From contig NZ_JBMFOX010000012.1 in NCBI RefSeq assembly GCF_049969415.1, forward strand, positions 1-39,180: 39,180 bases of DNA, given 5' to 3'. A model generated the notes under the pieces. That model made no database searches. It had not been told where the DNA came from and saw nothing but the letters and a program-made list of their open reading frames with translations. This document shows, in pieces, positions 36,732-39,180 of this stretch (position 1 is the stretch's first letter; every line of letters starts with the position of its first letter). The stretch is from Candidatus Hadarchaeum sp. (lineage in GTDB: Archaea; Hadarchaeota; Hadarchaeia; Hadarchaeales; Hadarchaeaceae). A program made the translations under genes and the position numbers.

Positions 36732-38045
36732 ATGGAGGAAAAAATCAGGAAGAAAAGCTTGAAGTACAGTATAAAAGACGGCGTAGCTTGGTCGGTGAAC
36801 TCAGGCTTGGGAAACTCGTACATTGCGCCGTATGCTCTCGCTCTGAATGCAAACGCGGCGCAAATAGGACTGCTCACCTCTGTTCCCACATTGGTCGCCA
36901 GCCTCTCGGAACTAAAGGCACCGAAACTCATGGAAAAAACGAGCAGGAAACGCATCGTGACGACGTGCGCTTTGCTGCAAGCACTTTTTTGGATTCCAAT
37001 CTCGCTGGTTGCTTTGCTTTTTTTATTTTGTAGGGTCGACGGTATTATCGCCCCAACGCTGGTGATACTATTTTATACCGGCTACCTTCTCCTTGGCTCC
37101 CTTTCCACTCCAGCATGGTCTTCGTGGATGGGCGATCTAGTGCGTGAAAAAGAGAGAGGAAAGTTCTTTGGCAACAGAAACATGATTATCGGCATTTCAG
37201 GCATCCTAGCCATGTTAGCTGGAGGCTTCTTTTTAAACGCTTTGAGCAGCGATAAGGTGTTGTTCGGCTTTGTCACGCTTTTTTTAATCGCAATGGTCGC
37301 GAGGCTGATTTCGTGGTATTTCTTGAGTAAGCAGTACGAGCCGAGGTTCGAGTATAAAGATGAGTTCTACTTCAGCTTTTACAGCTTTGTGAGGAAGGCG
37401 AAAGATAACAACTTCGGCAGGTTCACGATATACATCACACTCATGACTCTCGTGGTTTACTTCGCTGCGCCGTTTTTCTCGGTGTATATGCTGCAAGAAC
37501 TGAAATTCAGTTATTTGAACTATGTCATCGTTGTTCTGAGTTCCTCGCTTACTCACGTGCTTTTTATGCCCATGTGGGGCAAGTTCTCGGACAAGCACGG
37601 AAATTTGTTGGTGCTGAAAATATCTGGCTATTTGATCCCGTTTGTTCCAATACTCTGGCTTTTTTCGACCAACCCCGTTTTTTTGGTCTTGGTTGAGGCG
37701 TTTAGCGGATTTGCTTGGGCGGGGTTCGACTTGGCCTCGGTCAATTTTATTTATGATGCAGTATCTAAACAGAGGATGGGTATATGCTTTGCTTATTTTT
37801 GGATGCTTAACGGCATAGGAACATTTGTTGGCGCAACTCTGGGAGGACTTTTTGCCACTTATTTTAAGGTTGGGTTCATTTCGATTTTTCTCTTTCTTTT
37901 TTTAATATCTGGCATATTGCGTCTGGCAGTTTCTGCGGTGATGTTGCCCCATTTAAAAGAAGTTAGAAAAGTGGCTCCGGTCCGACCCCTCTGGTATTTC
38001 GTCGGTGGGGTAATCAGGAGAAGGCCACCGTTGCGTTCACATTGA
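36732..38045 (+). CDS. MFS transporter
   Basis: About 12 TM helices; PAWSSWMGDLV..RGKFFG.RN, WGKFSDKHGN. ATG follows GGAGG. Confidence 0.9.
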   Translation: MEEKIRKKSLKYSIKDGVAWSVNSGLGNSYIAPYALALNANAAQIGLLTSVPTLVASLSELKAPKLMEKTSRKRIVTTCALLQALFWIPISLVALLFLFCRVDGIIAPTLVILFYTGYLLLGSLSTPAWSSWMGDLVREKERGKFFGNRNMIIGISGILAMLAGGFFLNALSSDKVLFGFVTLFLIAMVARLISWYFLSKQYEPRFEYKDEFYFSFYSFVRKAKDNNFGRFTIYITLMTLVVYFAAPFFSVYMLQELKFSYLNYVIVVLSSSLTHVLFMPMWGKFSDKHGNLLVLKISGYLIPFVPILWLFSTNPVFLVLVEAFSGFAWAGFDLASVNFIYDAVSKQRMGICFAYFWMLNGIGTFVGATLGGLFATYFKVGFISIFLFLFLISGILRLAVSAVMLPHLKEVRKVAPVRPLWYFVGGVIRRRPPLRSH

Positions 38046-38599
38046 GTTTGCCCGGTCGTACGATCGCGATGGTGCAAGTGTTCAGCCTTTGAAGGGGCCA
38101 TCTCTTACCAGTCGCAGTCGCTTCGCTTTATGGTTTCATAAACAATCAGCTGGCTAGTATATCTCTGGCGAAAATATTTCAAAGGTTTTCACAATATCAA
38201 TTCTACCTTTTCTTCGTTATGATTTTCAGACTACTTTGAAAACAGTTGTCGCCGATGGTCTTCAAGCTAGTCAGGGGTGGTTTAAAATATTGTTTAACAA
38301 TGGGTGACCAATCCCGTCCCCCATGTTTTTAAAGCGTGGCCCAGCAGTGATATCCATCGTAACTGCCGGGGCGCGTTTGTGGCTGGGCACGGAATGGATG
38401 CTTTCTCAGTCCATACCATCAAAAATGCCCCTTTCTAGAGGGCGCGGACGGTTTGTGCTCTAATGTGTGCGTTCATTTCAACATGAAGTGACGATTGGTT
38501 GGAAATTTGTAGCTAAGAACGCCGTTTGGCTTGGTCAAAGTAATAGCAAAAGTCTGCATCGTTTTGACTAACTTTTAAGACAGCTAGGAACATTATCCT

Positions 38600-39025
38600 C
38601 TAAAGCTTCTCCCTTATTTTCTTCTCCCTCCGAGAGCCATAAGTTGAATAGCCGATGCCAAATATCAGCATCAGTCCTCCGATTATGATGCACAATTTCG
38701 CCAAATAAGCTAAGGTCGTCAGTTGTTCTATAGTTTTGACATTATCCATTGCTAGAAAGATCGTCGGCGTAAGCATTATTAAAAGCCCAATGGCAATGCC
38801 GGCGACTCCCCACTTCTTTTTTCTTGATGCGCTTTTTAGCTTGAGTTTAAGTTTTAATTTCTCGTAGTTAGCAGGAGACAACTCTGGAGGCGTCTGTAGC
38901 CCAGCGCCCCTAACAAGCTCTTCTGCACCTTCCGAAACACTCGCTCTTGCGACTTCGCTTCCGCATCTTGGGCAGAACCTCGCGCCCTCGGGAAGCTCAT
39001 TGCCGCATTTTGTGCAGAATGGCAT
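38600..39025 (-). CDS. Zinc-ribbon-domain membrane protein
   Basis: MPFCTKCG..LPEGARFCPRCG, then two TM helices. Confidence 0.82.
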   Translation of the reverse strand: MPFCTKCGNELPEGARFCPRCGSEVARASVSEGAEELVRGAGLQTPPELSPANYEKLKLKLKLKSASRKKKWGVAGIAIGLLIMLTPTIFLAMDNVKTIEQLTTLAYLAKLCIIIGGLMLIFGIGYSTYGSRREKKIREKL

Positions 39026-39133
39026 AGGTTCACCAATCCAATGTCGTGAACTTTTGCACTAATAAACTTGTCAGCATAACTTCCCCTCTCGTCGCTGGAA
39101 ATCTGTTAAGCTGGTATGCAAGGCTAGCCTGAA

Positions 39134-39165
39134 TACCTCCGACAAGCCAAAAATGTTCGGAGGTG
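39134..39165 (+). promoter_or_regulatory. Hairpin sequestering the SD of a gene that starts at ATG 39173 and runs off the window
   Basis: ACCTCCGA (39135-39142) pairs with TCGGAGGT (39157-39164), which contains the SD GGAGGT. Confidence 0.45.
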
Positions 39166-39180
39166 GAAAAACATGCCCCA

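Noticed and set aside
38046-38599. Possible ncRNA, CRISPR array or gene remnant in the 550-nt gap
   Set aside because: No regularly spaced repeats, tRNA-like fold or recognisable protein motif in the frames I translated. A blastx or Infernal search is needed to exclude one fully.

Overview
Archaeal chromosomal window. Gene content and order are euryarchaeal-type; a Hadarchaeota-like deep lineage is a guess that cannot be verified here. Positions 1-13 kb hold the conserved fni-rnj-idsA-gltX cluster and the rpl7ae-rps28e-rpl24e-ndk-infB-rps6e-eif2g-PIN-rpoE1-spt4 superoperon. The superoperon is interrupted by an antisense stand-alone exosome Rrp4/Csl4 N-terminal-domain gene and by a K+-independent H+-pyrophosphatase. 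Positions 13-33.8 kb carry pheS/pheT, a NAD-kinase-family gene, a CBS protein plus CPA2 antiporter, and orc1/cdc6. Next come a tRNA-Pro(CGG) split by two introns around a 4-nt anticodon micro-exon, a cysteine synthase, and a PC4-like small protein paired with a Hef/FANCM-type helicase lacking the ERCC4 nuclease. These are followed by an FAD oxidoreductase with no canonical start codon (candidate ACG), pelota, rimI, dnaG, Toprim and Zn-finger genes, pfkB and carS. From about 33.8 kb the DNA is visibly more AT-rich and accessory: a decayed pyruvate-kinase fragment, a USP + ArsB/NhaD permease pair, an MFS transporter and a zinc-ribbon membrane protein. No CRISPR array, transposase, integrase or rRNA was seen. 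All calls come from motif recognition by eye; no searches were run.
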